A stretch of 64,000 nt of DNA from the IMG/VR virus record IMGVR_UViG_2634166353_000002, positions 817 through 64,816 of that record, one strand, 5' to 3'. Within the stretch, counting starts at the first letter, position 1. Every line of letters begins with the position of its first letter. Origin of the DNA: a virus (taxonomy: Duplodnaviria; Caudoviricetes). This document shows positions 37,223 to 47,117 of this stretch, piece by piece. A model generated the notes under the pieces. That model made no database searches. It had not been told where the DNA came from and saw nothing but the letters and a program-made list of their open reading frames with translations. The position numbers were made by a program, and so were the translations under genes.

Positions 37223-39155
37223 GGGTGTCGCAGGCTTTGATGGCGCGACGGACCTGCTGCGCGCCTGGTCGCGCGGCATCCGGCCCGACCCGGACCTCAC
37301 GGTGTCGGAATGGGCGGACCGGCATCGCTGGCTGTCATCGCGTGCCTCGGCGGAACCCGGGCGCTACAAGACCGCGCGCACGCCCTACATGCGCGAGATC
37401 ATGGATGCGCTCTCGCCGGTCAGCCCGGTACAGCGGGTGGTGTTCATGAAGGCCGCGCAGGTTGGCGCCACGGAAGCGGGCAACTGCTTCATCGGGTTTG
37501 TCATGCACCACGCGCCGGGGCCGATGCTGGCCGTCCAGCCGACGGTAGAACTGGCCAAACGCAACTCGCGCCAGCGGATCGATCCGCTGATCGAGGAAAG
37601 CCCGGAACTGCGCGACCGGGTCAAACCGGCGCGCGCGCGCGACGCGGGCAACACGATGCTGTCCAAGGAGTTCGCGGGCGGCATCCTGATCATGACCGGG
37701 GCCAACTCGGCGGTGGGGCTGCGCTCGACCCCGGCGCGGTACCTGTTTCTCGACGAGGTCGATGCCTATCCGGCCTCGGCCGACGAGGAAGGCGATCCGG
37801 TCAGCCTGGCCGAAGCGCGCTCGCTGACCTTCGCCCATCGGCGCAAGGCGTTGTTGATCTCGACGCCCACGATCCGGGGGCTGAGCCGCATCGAGCGGGA
37901 GTTCGAGGCCAGCGACCAGCGGCGCTATCACGTGCCGTGCCCACACTGCGGATACGCGCAATGGCTGCGCTTCGAGCGGCTGCGATGGGAGAAGGGCCAA
38001 CCAGACACGGCAACGTATCACTGCGAGGGTTGCGACGCCGCAATCGCCGAGCACCACAAGACGACGATGCTGGCGGCGGGCGACTGGCGCGCGACGGCAG
38101 AGTCGGAAGACCCGCACACGGTGGGGTATCACCTCTCGGCGCTCTACTCGCCGATCGGCTGGCTTTCATGGGCGCGGATTGCGCGCGCGTGGGAGGCGGC
38201 ACAGGGCAATGACGAGGCCATGCGGGCGTTTCGCAACACGATCCTTGGCGAGACCTGGTTCGAGACCGGCGAGGCGCCCGACTGGCAGCGGTTGGCCGAG
38301 CGACGGGAAGACTGGAAAGCGGGCACCGTGCCTGCGGGTGGGCTGTTCCTGACCGCCGGGGCTGATGTGCAGAAGGACCGGATCGAGATCGATGTCTGGG
38401 CCTGGGGCAGGGGACTGCAAAGCTGGCTGGTCGATCATGTTGTCATCGACGGTGGTCCCGGCGATCCGGGTTGCTGGCAGACGCTGACCGACCTGCTGGG
38501 GCGGACATGGGCGCACGAGAGCGGCCAGCACCTGACCATCGCGAAGCTGGCCATCGACACCGGCTATGAGACCAGCGCCGTCTATGGCTGGGCGCGGCAG
38601 GTGGGGTTTGCGCAAGTGGCCCCGGTCAAGGGGCTCGAAGGCTTCAACCGCGCCAGCCCGGTGACGGGGCCGACCTATGTCGATGCCACCGTCGCGGGCA
38701 AGCGGCTGCGCCGCGGGGCGCGGCTGTGGTCCGTGGCGACCTCGACCTTCAAGGCCGAGACCTATCGCTTCCTGCGGCAAGAGCGGCCAACACCCGAGGA
38801 GATCACGGCCGGTGCATCGTTTCCGGCGGGAACGGTGCATCTGCCCTCATGGGCCGACGGCGAATGGCTCAAACAGCTGACGGCCGAGCAGTTGGTGACC
38901 GTGCGCACCAAGCGCGGGTTTTCGAAGCTCGAATGGCAGAAGCTGCGCGAGCGCAACGAGGCGCTGGACTGCCGGGTCTATGCCCGAGCGGCCGCGTGGA
39001 TTGCCGGGGCCGACCGCTGGTCGGACGCCCGATGGCAGGAGCTGGAGCGGCAGCTGGCCGTGGAAACGAGTACGTCCACACAGGACACGCCAGCCGTCAC
39101 ACCCTCGCGCCCATCAGCGCGGCGGCGGACAATGCGGTCGACCTACATGGGGTGA
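37215..39155 (+). CDS. Terminase large subunit, lambda GpA family
   Basis: MKAAQVGATE, LFLDEVDAYP, ISTPT, RNEALDCRVYA; start uncertain (37170 or TTG 37215). Confidence 0.95.
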   Translation: MDEGVAGFDGATDLLRAWSRGIRPDPDLTVSEWADRHRWLSSRASAEPGRYKTARTPYMREIMDALSPVSPVQRVVFMKAAQVGATEAGNCFIGFVMHHAPGPMLAVQPTVELAKRNSRQRIDPLIEESPELRDRVKPARARDAGNTMLSKEFAGGILIMTGANSAVGLRSTPARYLFLDEVDAYPASADEEGDPVSLAEARSLTFAHRRKALLISTPTIRGLSRIEREFEASDQRRYHVPCPHCGYAQWLRFERLRWEKGQPDTATYHCEGCDAAIAEHHKTTMLAAGDWRATAESEDPHTVGYHLSALYSPIGWLSWARIARAWEAAQGNDEAMRAFRNTILGETWFETGEAPDWQRLAERREDWKAGTVPAGGLFLTAGADVQKDRIEIDVWAWGRGLQSWLVDHVVIDGGPGDPGCWQTLTDLLGRTWAHESGQHLTIAKLAIDTGYETSAVYGWARQVGFAQVAPVKGLEGFNRASPVTGPTYVDATVAGKRLRRGARLWSVATSTFKAETYRFLRQERPTPEEITAGASFPAGTVHLPSWADGEWLKQLTAEQLVTVRTKRGFSKLEWQKLRERNEALDCRVYARAAAWIAGADRWSDARWQELERQLAVETSTSTQDTPAVTPSRPSARRRTMRSTYMG

Positions 39156-39164
39156 TTGGTCTGA

Positions 39165-40058
39165 TCAGTGCAGGCAGCACTTCTTGAACTTCCTGCCGCT
39201 GCCGCAAGGGCAGGGGTCGTTGCGACCGACCGGGGCTGTCTCATGCATGAATGACTCGGTCGAGGAAGGCGTGTGGAGCACGTTTCTGGCCTTTTGCCTT
39301 TTCATTTCCTCGAAGAACGCATCGGAATAGCAGTGCCATTTCGACAATTCCTCGATGGCATCAAGGATCAGGGATTTCTGATACCGCACATTCACTGGCA
39401 CACCGCCCGCTGCAGCTGAGGCCTTCAAGTCATCGAGGATATCACTTGCATCGCAGTAGTCCTTCGGGATCAGCCCGGCATCGAACACTGCGCGGATTTC
39501 ATCGGCCATATCCTCAAGGCCAAGGTCAGCGATGCCATCCATCCAGCCGAGCAGCAGGTCGCTGTTCTCCTCGGAAAAACGGCGACGAAAGTTACGGAAA
39601 TAATCAGCGATTTCTGTGCGCCGCTCGGGGTGCAGCTGTGTAATCAGCACCAAGCAATCCATCATTGAACTGCGCGCAAATTCATCCGCCTTTGGGTCGT
39701 CAACGAACTCGAACAGCGGTTGCAAATCACCGTCGAATGTCCCGGCCACAACGCGAAAGCTGGTCTCGGTCAGGGCATCGCCCAAAAGAAAATCAAGGCT
39801 ATCGGTGGGTTGACGCAGCATTTGAAGAAGGGGGCGATAGGCGCGGGTGTCCTGCCATTCACCCAGCAGGTGAAAGATCGGAATGAGAGCAGTCACCTCG
39901 TGGTCCTTCATGGCCGAAATCGGCTGGGCGCCAAGGCGGTCGACAAGATCGATAAAGACCGGAGCCATGGTCTCGCGCTCAGTGCGCGCGGCCGCCATGG
40001 CTGCTTTGGGGAAAATATCGTCGCGCGCAAGGTCATGCATGATCTCGGACGGGGTCAT
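39165..40058 (-). CDS. DUF1186 protein with C-terminal SEC-C motif (moron)
   Basis: FHLLGEW, LLGDALTE, DEFARS; GRNDPCPCGSGRKFKKCC. Confidence 0.85.
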   Translation of the reverse strand: MTPSEIMHDLARDDIFPKAAMAAARTERETMAPVFIDLVDRLGAQPISAMKDHEVTALIPIFHLLGEWQDTRAYRPLLQMLRQPTDSLDFLLGDALTETSFRVVAGTFDGDLQPLFEFVDDPKADEFARSSMMDCLVLITQLHPERRTEIADYFRNFRRRFSEENSDLLLGWMDGIADLGLEDMADEIRAVFDAGLIPKDYCDASDILDDLKASAAAGGVPVNVRYQKSLILDAIEELSKWHCYSDAFFEEMKRQKARNVLHTPSSTESFMHETAPVGRNDPCPCGSGRKFKKCCLH

Positions 40059-40123
40059 CGAGTCGCTCCTGATCGTCAGTTGTTACCCCGAGTGAACCGT
40101 TTTGTCAGACCAGGTCAATCCAG

Positions 40124-40175
40124 ATGCCAACAATCGCGGGCCTTCGCACTCGCCGCGACGCGCTTTTGGCGCACC
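40124..40175 (+). pseudogene. 5' remnant of a gpW head-completion gene
   Basis: MPTIAGLRTRRDALLA versus MPTPATLRTRRDALSA at 41150. Confidence 0.65.
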
Positions 40176-40186
40176 AGCTGGCAGCT

Positions 40187-41062
40187 TCAGGCGCCATCCC
40201 ATCGGCGCAGGAGCCAGTACCACTGCCCCGGATTTTCGAGAATGCGGGCTGACAGGCTGTCATTGACGGCTTTCGTCATCGTTAGGGGATCGGAATGCGG
40301 GATGGGCGCTTCGAACTCGACGTCGAATTCCGAACCGTCCGGCCGGCGCGTCCCGTAGGCGGGAACAAGCGGGAGGTCGTACTTCAGCGCCAGGGCTGCA
40401 GGCGCCGTCGAGGTCAGCGCCGGCAGGCCGAGGAACGGCACGCGTTCCCCTTCGGCATATTTCTCGTCGAGCATGATGGCCAGAAAGCCGCCCCGACGCA
40501 GATGGCGCACCAGCTCCATCGTGCCGGACCGCCCCGTCGCGATGACGGGCCGACCGCCCTCTTCGATGCCGGCCAGGAACCCGCGCTGGTAAAAGCGGTT
40601 CTTCTGCTTGCGATAAACCGCGCCGGTCTCCATTCCGCGCGCCTTGAGGACGGCGCGCACCGCGTCCCACTGGCCGAAATGCCCCGACACGACGATCGCC
40701 CCCTTGCCGGCGGCGCGCGCCCTTTCCAGGGCGGCCAATCCGGGACCGGAGACATGAAAGCGGTCCGGTCTCGACTGGAACTCCGCGCTGCGGAGGATCT
40801 CGAACAGGGTGCGGCCCATGTTGCGGCCCATTTCGCGCCGCAGGGCGGCGCGCTGCCCGCGCGGCATGTCGGGAAACACGCGCAGCACTTCGCGGTCGAA
40901 GCGCCAGCGCGCGGGCGGAAACCAGCGCATCGCAAGGCCGACCATCCCTCCGAAAAGTCGTGCGCGATGATCGAGGCTGCGCAGGCGGGTCGCTGACAGC
41001 GCGGACCACAGGGGGATGTACTGGGCGCGATGCCATAGCGAGGCGAAGAAGTCGGAGATCAT
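40187..41062 (-). CDS. Lipid A / lysophospholipid acyltransferase, LpxL family (moron)
   Basis: SGHFGQWD (HxxxxD), FLGLPALTSTAPAALA, NPGQWYWLLRRW. Confidence 0.88.
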   Translation of the reverse strand: MISDFFASLWHRAQYIPLWSALSATRLRSLDHRARLFGGMVGLAMRWFPPARWRFDREVLRVFPDMPRGQRAALRREMGRNMGRTLFEILRSAEFQSRPDRFHVSGPGLAALERARAAGKGAIVVSGHFGQWDAVRAVLKARGMETGAVYRKQKNRFYQRGFLAGIEEGGRPVIATGRSGTMELVRHLRRGGFLAIMLDEKYAEGERVPFLGLPALTSTAPAALALKYDLPLVPAYGTRRPDGSEFDVEFEAPIPHSDPLTMTKAVNDSLSARILENPGQWYWLLRRWDGA

Positions 41063-41149
41063 GCATGCAATATGTGTGCATTTCGATGCCGGACCAACCG
41101 CCAATCGCCGACCGGCCTGACATTTTTCTGATCGCGCGGAGACGCAAAC

Positions 41150-41365
41150 ATGCCCACACCCGCAACCCTCCGCACCCGCCGCGACGCTCTTTCAGCCCAA
41201 CGATCCTCGGGCGTGGCGCGTGTCAGCTATGACGGCAAGACGGTGGACTATCGCAGCGTGGCCGAGATCGATCGGGCGATCGAGGCGCTGGACCGCGAGA
41301 TCGCGGCCCTCGAGGGGCGGCGCATCGTGCGCCACGTGCGCGTGACCACCGCGAAGGGGCTGTGA
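41150..41365 (+). CDS. gpW-like head-tail joining protein
   Basis: GVARVSYDGKTVDYRSVAEIDRAI; between TerL and portal. Confidence 0.85.
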   Translation: MPTPATLRTRRDALSAQRSSGVARVSYDGKTVDYRSVAEIDRAIEALDREIAALEGRRIVRHVRVTTAKGL

Positions 41366-41368
41366 TCC

Positions 41369-42892
41369 ATGGGGCTGTTCGATCGGTTTCGCCGCCCCAA
41401 CCGGGGCGGCCCGTCCGGCGTGCGTGCCCGGCTCGAGGGCGCGATGTCCAAACGCCGGTTGCGCGGCTGGAACCCGCCGCTGGAGAACATCAACACGCTG
41501 GTCGCCTCGGGCGGCCCGAAACTGCTGGCCCGGGCTCGGGAACTAGTCGTCACCAACGGCTATGCGGCCAATGCCTGCGAGGCTTTTGCCGCGAACGTGG
41601 TGGGCGACGGGATCAAACCTTCCTCGCTGATTGACGACGCCGACCTGCGGGATCGGGTCCAGCAACTGTGGCTTGCGTGGACAGATGAGGCGGATGCCGA
41701 TGGGTTGACGGATTTCTACGGGCTGCAGGCCATGGTGGCGCGGGAGATGTTCGTCGCGGGCGAGTGTTTTGTCCGGATGCGCCCACGCCGGGCCGAGGAC
41801 GGGCTTTTGGTCCCGCTGCAGATGCAGTTGCTGCAATCCGAGATGCTGCCCTTCGAGAAGACGGGCACGGCCGCCAATGGCAACCGCATCCGCTGTGGCA
41901 TCGAGTTCGACCTGATCGGGCGGCGCGTGGCCTATCATTTTCGCCGCAACCATCCGGGCGACAGCACCGATCAGCGTGTCGCCGTGCCGGAAACGGTGCG
42001 CGTGCCCGCCGAGGATGTGCTGCACATCTACCGCCCCCTCGATGCGGGGCAGATCCGCGGCCTGCCGCATGTGGCGCCCGCCATGGTGCGGCTGTTTTTG
42101 CTCGATCAGTATGACGACGCCGAACTGGACCGCAAGAAGACGGCGGCGATGTTCGCGGGCTTCATCACCAAGACCGCGCCGGAAGACCCGATGATGGGCG
42201 AGGAGGAGGCGGACCTCGACGGCGCCGCCATCGCCAGCCTCGAGCCCGGCACCATGCAGGTGCTGCTGCCCGGCGAGGATGTGAAGTTCTCGGCACCGGC
42301 CGACGTGGGCGGAGGGTACGAGGCGTTCCAGTACCGCACGCTGCTCGCGGTCTCGGCCTCGCTGGGGCTGCCCTATCACCTGGTGACCGGCGATGTGCGT
42401 CAGGCCAACTATTCCAGCCTGCGCGCCGAACTGGTGGAATTTCGCCGCCGCGTGCAGCAATTGCAGCACGGCGTCATCGCGCATCAGCTCTGCCGCCCCG
42501 TTTGGGCGCGCTGGCTGGAGACCGCGCAGCTGGCCGGCAGGCTGGATCTGCCCGACCCGGCATCCGCGCGCATGGTGCAATGGATCCCGCCCCGCTGGGA
42601 CTGGGTCGATCCCCTCAAGGATATCCAGGCTCAGGTGCTGGCGATGGAGGCGGGCATCACCTCGCGGCGCAAGGTGGTCGAGGCCACCGGTTACGACGTC
42701 GAGGAAGTCGACCGCGAGAACGCGGTGGATACGGCGCGCGCCGAGGGGCTCGGGCTGCGTTACCGCACCAGCCCGGGCGAGACGCAGGGTGCCCGCGCGA
42801 CGCCGGCCACGCGACCGGATCCGGGTGACGGCGCCGGTGGCAACAATGGCGAGGATGCGGCCGCGACCGGCCGCGCCACCACACAGGAGTAG
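41369..42892 (+). CDS. Portal protein, lambda family
   Basis: RARELVVTNGYAANA, DAGQIRGLP, NYSSLRA, WVDPLKD. Confidence 0.95.
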   Translation: MGLFDRFRRPNRGGPSGVRARLEGAMSKRRLRGWNPPLENINTLVASGGPKLLARARELVVTNGYAANACEAFAANVVGDGIKPSSLIDDADLRDRVQQLWLAWTDEADADGLTDFYGLQAMVAREMFVAGECFVRMRPRRAEDGLLVPLQMQLLQSEMLPFEKTGTAANGNRIRCGIEFDLIGRRVAYHFRRNHPGDSTDQRVAVPETVRVPAEDVLHIYRPLDAGQIRGLPHVAPAMVRLFLLDQYDDAELDRKKTAAMFAGFITKTAPEDPMMGEEEADLDGAAIASLEPGTMQVLLPGEDVKFSAPADVGGGYEAFQYRTLLAVSASLGLPYHLVTGDVRQANYSSLRAELVEFRRRVQQLQHGVIAHQLCRPVWARWLETAQLAGRLDLPDPASARMVQWIPPRWDWVDPLKDIQAQVLAMEAGITSRRKVVEATGYDVEEVDRENAVDTARAEGLGLRYRTSPGETQGARATPATRPDPGDGAGGNNGEDAAATGRATTQE

Positions 42893-42896
42893 AACC

Positions 42897-43970
42897 ATGA
42901 ACAGCTGGTACACGATCCGCGCCCGGGACACCGGCGCGGAGGTGCTGATCTATGACGAGATCGGCGCCTATGGCGTCAGCGCCAAGGGCTTTCTGGCCGA
43001 GCTCGGCGCACTGCCGGATGTGGCCCCCATCGACCTGCGCCTTAACAGCCCCGGCGGCTCGGTTTTTGACGCCGTCGCCATTTACAATGCGCTGAGCCGC
43101 CACAGCGGCACGGTCACGGTCTGGATCGACGGGATTGCGGCCTCGGCTGCGAGTTACATTGCGATGGCGGGCGACGAGATTGTTATGCCGGAAAACGCCT
43201 TCATGATGATCCATGACCCCTCCGGCCTCGTCATGGGCACCGCGGCGGACATGCGCGACATGGCCGGGACGCTGGACAAGATCGCGGCCAGCATGACGCG
43301 CGGCTATGCGGCCAAGTCCGGCAAGTCGGAGGATGAGATCGCCGCCCTGCTGGCGGCCGAGACCTGGTTTGATGCGGCGGACGCGCTCGACGCAGGCCTT
43401 GCCACGCGCCTGGCAGAGCCCGTGCGCATCGCCGCCGCCTTCGATATCGGGCGGTTCCGCAATGCGCCGCCCGAACTGGTTGAGGCGGTCGAACCGGTCG
43501 AGCCGGTCCAACCGGTGGAGGCCGTCGAGCCGGAAGCCCCGGCATCCACAGCGGGGGACATCGTTGGAGACGCCAACGATGTTGACCCCGCCGCGGGTGC
43601 GGGGCCGCAGGCGGCGGGCGCGCCGGGTGTTGCAGACGGGAACACCCAATCGAGCGGGGCGGAGAGCTGCGTTGCAGTCGCCAACGCACCTCCCGACGCC
43701 AGCGCACCTCCCGACGCCAGCGCGATCCGCGCCGAGGCCATTGCCCACGCCCGCGCCGTGATCGATTTGTGCCGCCTGGCAGGCCAGCCGCAGATGGCCG
43801 GCCGGTTTCTCGAGGAGGACGCCAGCCTGGATGCCGTGCGTGCAGGCCTTCTGGACGCGCGGGCCGAGGCCGCGCCGGAGATCACCCCGCATCACCCGCA
43901 ACCCGGGCGCAGCGAGACCACGCGCCCCTGGGGCGATGTCATCGCCCAGGCATTCAAACTGAAGGGATAA
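42897..43970 (+). CDS. ClpP-like head maturation protease with C-terminal scaffold region
   Basis: LNSPGGSVFDA, AASAAS, MIHDP, ETWFDAADAL; low-complexity linker with 18-bp tandem duplication 43686-43721. Confidence 0.92.
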   Translation: MNSWYTIRARDTGAEVLIYDEIGAYGVSAKGFLAELGALPDVAPIDLRLNSPGGSVFDAVAIYNALSRHSGTVTVWIDGIAASAASYIAMAGDEIVMPENAFMMIHDPSGLVMGTAADMRDMAGTLDKIAASMTRGYAAKSGKSEDEIAALLAAETWFDAADALDAGLATRLAEPVRIAAAFDIGRFRNAPPELVEAVEPVEPVQPVEAVEPEAPASTAGDIVGDANDVDPAAGAGPQAAGAPGVADGNTQSSGAESCVAVANAPPDASAPPDASAIRAEAIAHARAVIDLCRLAGQPQMAGRFLEEDASLDAVRAGLLDARAEAAPEITPHHPQPGRSETTRPWGDVIAQAFKLKG

Positions 43971-43976
43971 ACTTCC

Positions 43977-44348
43977 ATGGCCATGCTATCCGAGTCCAAA
44001 CACGCCGGCGGGTTCCTCACCTGGGAAGTGCTGCGCGACTATACCCGCGACACAGTCACCGTCGCGTCCGGCGCCGGCAAGCTCGCCCCCGGCACCGTTC
44101 TGGGCAAGATCACCACGGGTGGCAAATACACCGTGCTCACCCCCGGCGCCACGAATGGCAGCCAGAACGCCGCTGGCATCCTTTGGGGCCCGGCTGATGC
44201 GACCGATGCCGACGCGCCCGGCGTGGTGCTGGTGCGCGGCCCGGCTATCGTGAACCGCCACGAGATCGCCTTCCCCGACGGTGCCACCGAGGCGCAGATC
44301 ACCACCGCCACCACGGCCTTGGCCGCGCTCGGCATCCTCCTGCGCTGA
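43977..44348 (+). CDS. Head decoration protein (lambda D-like)
   Basis: GTVLGKIT..AAGIL; between protease and capsid. Confidence 0.85.
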   Translation: MAMLSESKHAGGFLTWEVLRDYTRDTVTVASGAGKLAPGTVLGKITTGGKYTVLTPGATNGSQNAAGILWGPADATDADAPGVVLVRGPAIVNRHEIAFPDGATEAQITTATTALAALGILLR

Positions 44349-44396
44349 GCCACGGCGCAGTTTCCCCATCACATGTAGACCAGAAGGAGGCACGCT

Positions 44397-45410
44397 GTGG
44401 CCACCATGGACATCTTTGAAGGCGATGCCTTCTCCATCATCGAGCTCACCCGCGCGCTCGAAAACATTCCCTTCAAGCCCGCGATCCTCTCGGGCGCAAA
44501 CCTCTTCGGCAGCCGCGGGGTGCGCACGCGCACCGTGATGATCGAGAGCCGCGACGGCACGCTGTCGCTGATCCCGTTCTCGGAGCGCGGCTCGGCCTAT
44601 GAGAGCCAGATCCCTGAGCGCCGCGAGATGCGTGCCTTCGTCTGCCGCCAGTTCAAGAAGCAGGACGTACTCTGGGCCTCGGAGATCCAGGCGATCCGCG
44701 ACTTCGGCTCGGACACGGCGGTCCAGCAGGTGCAGACCGAGGTCGCGCGTAAGCTCGGCCGGCTGCGCAATGACGCCGAGGCCACCTTCGAGTTTCATCT
44801 CTTCAACGGCATTCAGGGCGTGGTGAAGGACCCCAAGGACGGCGCGACCGTCATCGACTACCACGCCGAGTTCGGCATCACCCCGGCTGCGGAGGTCGAC
44901 TTCGATCTAGACAATGCAACCCCCGGCTCGGGCGCGCTGCGCAAGCGCTGCCAGGCGTTGATTGAAAGCGTCGAGGACACCCTTGGCGGCCTGGCCGCCG
45001 GTCAGGTGCAGCTGCGCGCCGAATGCGGCTCGGCCTTCTTCGCCGATCTCGTGGCCCACAAGGAAGTGCGCGAGACCTATCTCAACACAGCCGCGGCGGC
45101 CGATCTGCGGGGCAGGGTAGGGGAAGAGGTCAGCTTCGGCGGCATCACCTTCCGGCGCTACCGTGGGGGCTTGGGCTTCGGCGTGCCCACCGACAAGGCG
45201 TATTTCTACCCCGAGGGCGTCGAGGGCCTCTTCGAGATCTACTACGCCCCCGCCGACACCTTCGAGACGGTCAACACCGTGGGTCTGCCGCTTTATGCGC
45301 GCATGATCCCCGATCGCGACCGCGACGAATGGGTGCGGCTTGAGATCGAGAGCAACCCGCTGCCGATCTGCACCCGCCCGCAGGTGCTGCGCAGCGCAAG
45401 GCGGACGTGA
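44397..45410 (+). CDS. Major capsid protein (lambda E family)
   Basis: MATMDIFEGDAFS, ESNPLPICTRP. Confidence 0.92.
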   Translation: MATMDIFEGDAFSIIELTRALENIPFKPAILSGANLFGSRGVRTRTVMIESRDGTLSLIPFSERGSAYESQIPERREMRAFVCRQFKKQDVLWASEIQAIRDFGSDTAVQQVQTEVARKLGRLRNDAEATFEFHLFNGIQGVVKDPKDGATVIDYHAEFGITPAAEVDFDLDNATPGSGALRKRCQALIESVEDTLGGLAAGQVQLRAECGSAFFADLVAHKEVRETYLNTAAAADLRGRVGEEVSFGGITFRRYRGGLGFGVPTDKAYFYPEGVEGLFEIYYAPADTFETVNTVGLPLYARMIPDRDRDEWVRLEIESNPLPICTRPQVLRSARRT

Positions 45411-45721
45411 TGTCAGCCGTCGCCATGGCGCTCGACGCGCTCTTTGTTGATGCCAATATCTCGGTCGAGATCTGGCATCGCGATGGTGAAGGGCGCTTCA
45501 CTCGAGCGCGAGGCATTCTGCGCCGACCTGACGAAATCACGGAGTTCGGGTCGGCGCGGCTCTTGTCCGAGACCATCCGGATCGATGTGCGGGTGGCGGA
45601 AATCCCCGATCCGCGGCCACAGGAGCAGATCCTGATCGGCGATGAAACCTTCCTGATCCAGGGCGAGCCGGTCCGGGATCGGGAGCGGCTGATCTGGACC
45701 GTGGAGGCTGCGCCAGCATGA
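45407..45721 (+). CDS. Head-tail joining protein
   Basis: Position after the capsid gene; DETFLIQGEPVRDRERLIW. Confidence 0.75.
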   Translation: MMSAVAMALDALFVDANISVEIWHRDGEGRFTRARGILRRPDEITEFGSARLLSETIRIDVRVAEIPDPRPQEQILIGDETFLIQGEPVRDRERLIWTVEAAPA

Positions 45722-46350
45722 AGCTCAAGCTCGACGTCAGCCCGGATCTCGCCGCCATGATGGCCGCCGAGATCAAGGCCGGCGAAAAGGCTGTCAGCAC
45801 CGCCACGCGCATCGCCGGCCAGGACCTCAAGACCGCCTGGCGTGCCCAGATCACCGGTGCCGGGCTCGGCACCCGGCTCGCCCGCACCATCCGCGCGGCG
45901 CAATACCCGAAGGGCAAGTCCAGCCTCAATGCTGCGGCCTTCGTCTGGTCGAACGCCCCGGAGATCGTGGGCGCCCACGACACCGGCCCGCTGATCCGCT
46001 CGAAGGCCGGGTTCTGGCTGGCGATTCCGACGCCAGCCGCCGGGCGCGGCCTGCGTGGCGGCAGGATCACCCCCGGCGAATGGGAGCGTCGTCGCGGCCT
46101 GAGGCTGCGGTTCGTCTACCGCCGCAGCGGACCAAGCCTGCTCGTGGCAGACGGGCGCCTCAACAATCGGGGGTTCGGAGTTGCCTCTCGCTCGAAGACA
46201 GGCCGCGGGCGTGCCACGGTGCCGATCTTCCTGCTGGTCCCGCAGGTGAAACTGCGCAAACGGCTGGATCTGGCGCGCGATGCCGAGCGGGCGCATGACG
46301 CGCTGCCGGGGCTGATCGTGACGAATTGGGCCGAAAGAAAATTCATGTGA
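45718..46350 (+). CDS. Tail/neck component (DUF6441-like)
   Basis: AWRAQITGAGLGTRLA, GFWLAIPT, LVPQVKLRKRL. Confidence 0.8.
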   Translation: MKLKLDVSPDLAAMMAAEIKAGEKAVSTATRIAGQDLKTAWRAQITGAGLGTRLARTIRAAQYPKGKSSLNAAAFVWSNAPEIVGAHDTGPLIRSKAGFWLAIPTPAAGRGLRGGRITPGEWERRRGLRLRFVYRRSGPSLLVADGRLNNRGFGVASRSKTGRGRATVPIFLLVPQVKLRKRLDLARDAERAHDALPGLIVTNWAERKFM

Positions 46351-46426
46351 CAGATGTGTAAACATTGGCGAAGCGCTTCGCCGACTATTGAACTCTCAAA
46401 GAAGGGAACGGAAAACCACCGGGATC

Positions 46427-47044
46427 CTAGAACCGTATGCTCCCTTGGTCCGGATTCTGGATGAGCCAAATGGCTTGAGAGTGAAGATGCACGCAGATGC
46501 TATCGCCTTCGTCTCCATTTGCGCAGACAACATAAGCGTCTTCAGTCGGTTTGCGGAATTCGGAATTGACAACTCGTCTTTGGATCTGCCTAACAACCTC
46601 TTCGAGGGAATAGGCACAGGAGCCGATGTACTCGCACTCGAATATGATCCTACCGCCATTTTGGAACCAGACCATGCGTAAACGATCCCTCAAGTCTTTG
46701 AAGGGATGGTTAAAACAAGCATCGGAGCGACCCCCTTTCGTCGAGCACGCTCGATGCCAGTCGTTGAAGGCGTCTCGTAAGGCGTCTACATTCGCGCCTG
46801 ACCCTTGGTCGGCAAAACACATAGGCATCGGGTTGTTCGATGCCGAAACCTTCGTGGGAGATACAAAGGCATCCCAGCCCCGTTCACGGACACAGTCTAG
46901 ACCTGCGCTCTCGAGTACCGCTACTTGCTCGGACTGTGACATTGACCAGTCGATGCCGCGGATGGAGATGGACTCGGCGCTTGCTGTGCTTGTCGTCACG
47001 GCGAAGAGGAAGGCCGCTGCGCGGAACAATGCCTGGATCTTCAT
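46427..47044 (-). CDS. Secreted/periplasmic hypothetical protein (moron)
   Basis: Signal peptide MKIQALFRAAAFLFAVTTSTASA; several cysteines. Confidence 0.75.
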   Translation of the reverse strand: MKIQALFRAAAFLFAVTTSTASAESISIRGIDWSMSQSEQVAVLESAGLDCVRERGWDAFVSPTKVSASNNPMPMCFADQGSGANVDALRDAFNDWHRACSTKGGRSDACFNHPFKDLRDRLRMVWFQNGGRIIFECEYIGSCAYSLEEVVRQIQRRVVNSEFRKPTEDAYVVCANGDEGDSICVHLHSQAIWLIQNPDQGSIRF

Positions 47045-47117
47045 AAAGTCTCCTGGAATCTAAAGATATCTTGCCTGAACGTTCGGTTTTGAGACGGCGG
47101 CCGCCGGCTGCAGAGTT

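Noticed and set aside
43686-43721. 18-bp tandem duplication and EPV repeats in the protease linker
   Set aside because: In-frame low-complexity linker variation, common in protease-scaffold fusions
46388-46681. Plus-strand ORF overlapping the secreted moron gene
   Set aside because: Antisense to a better-supported ORF with a signal peptide
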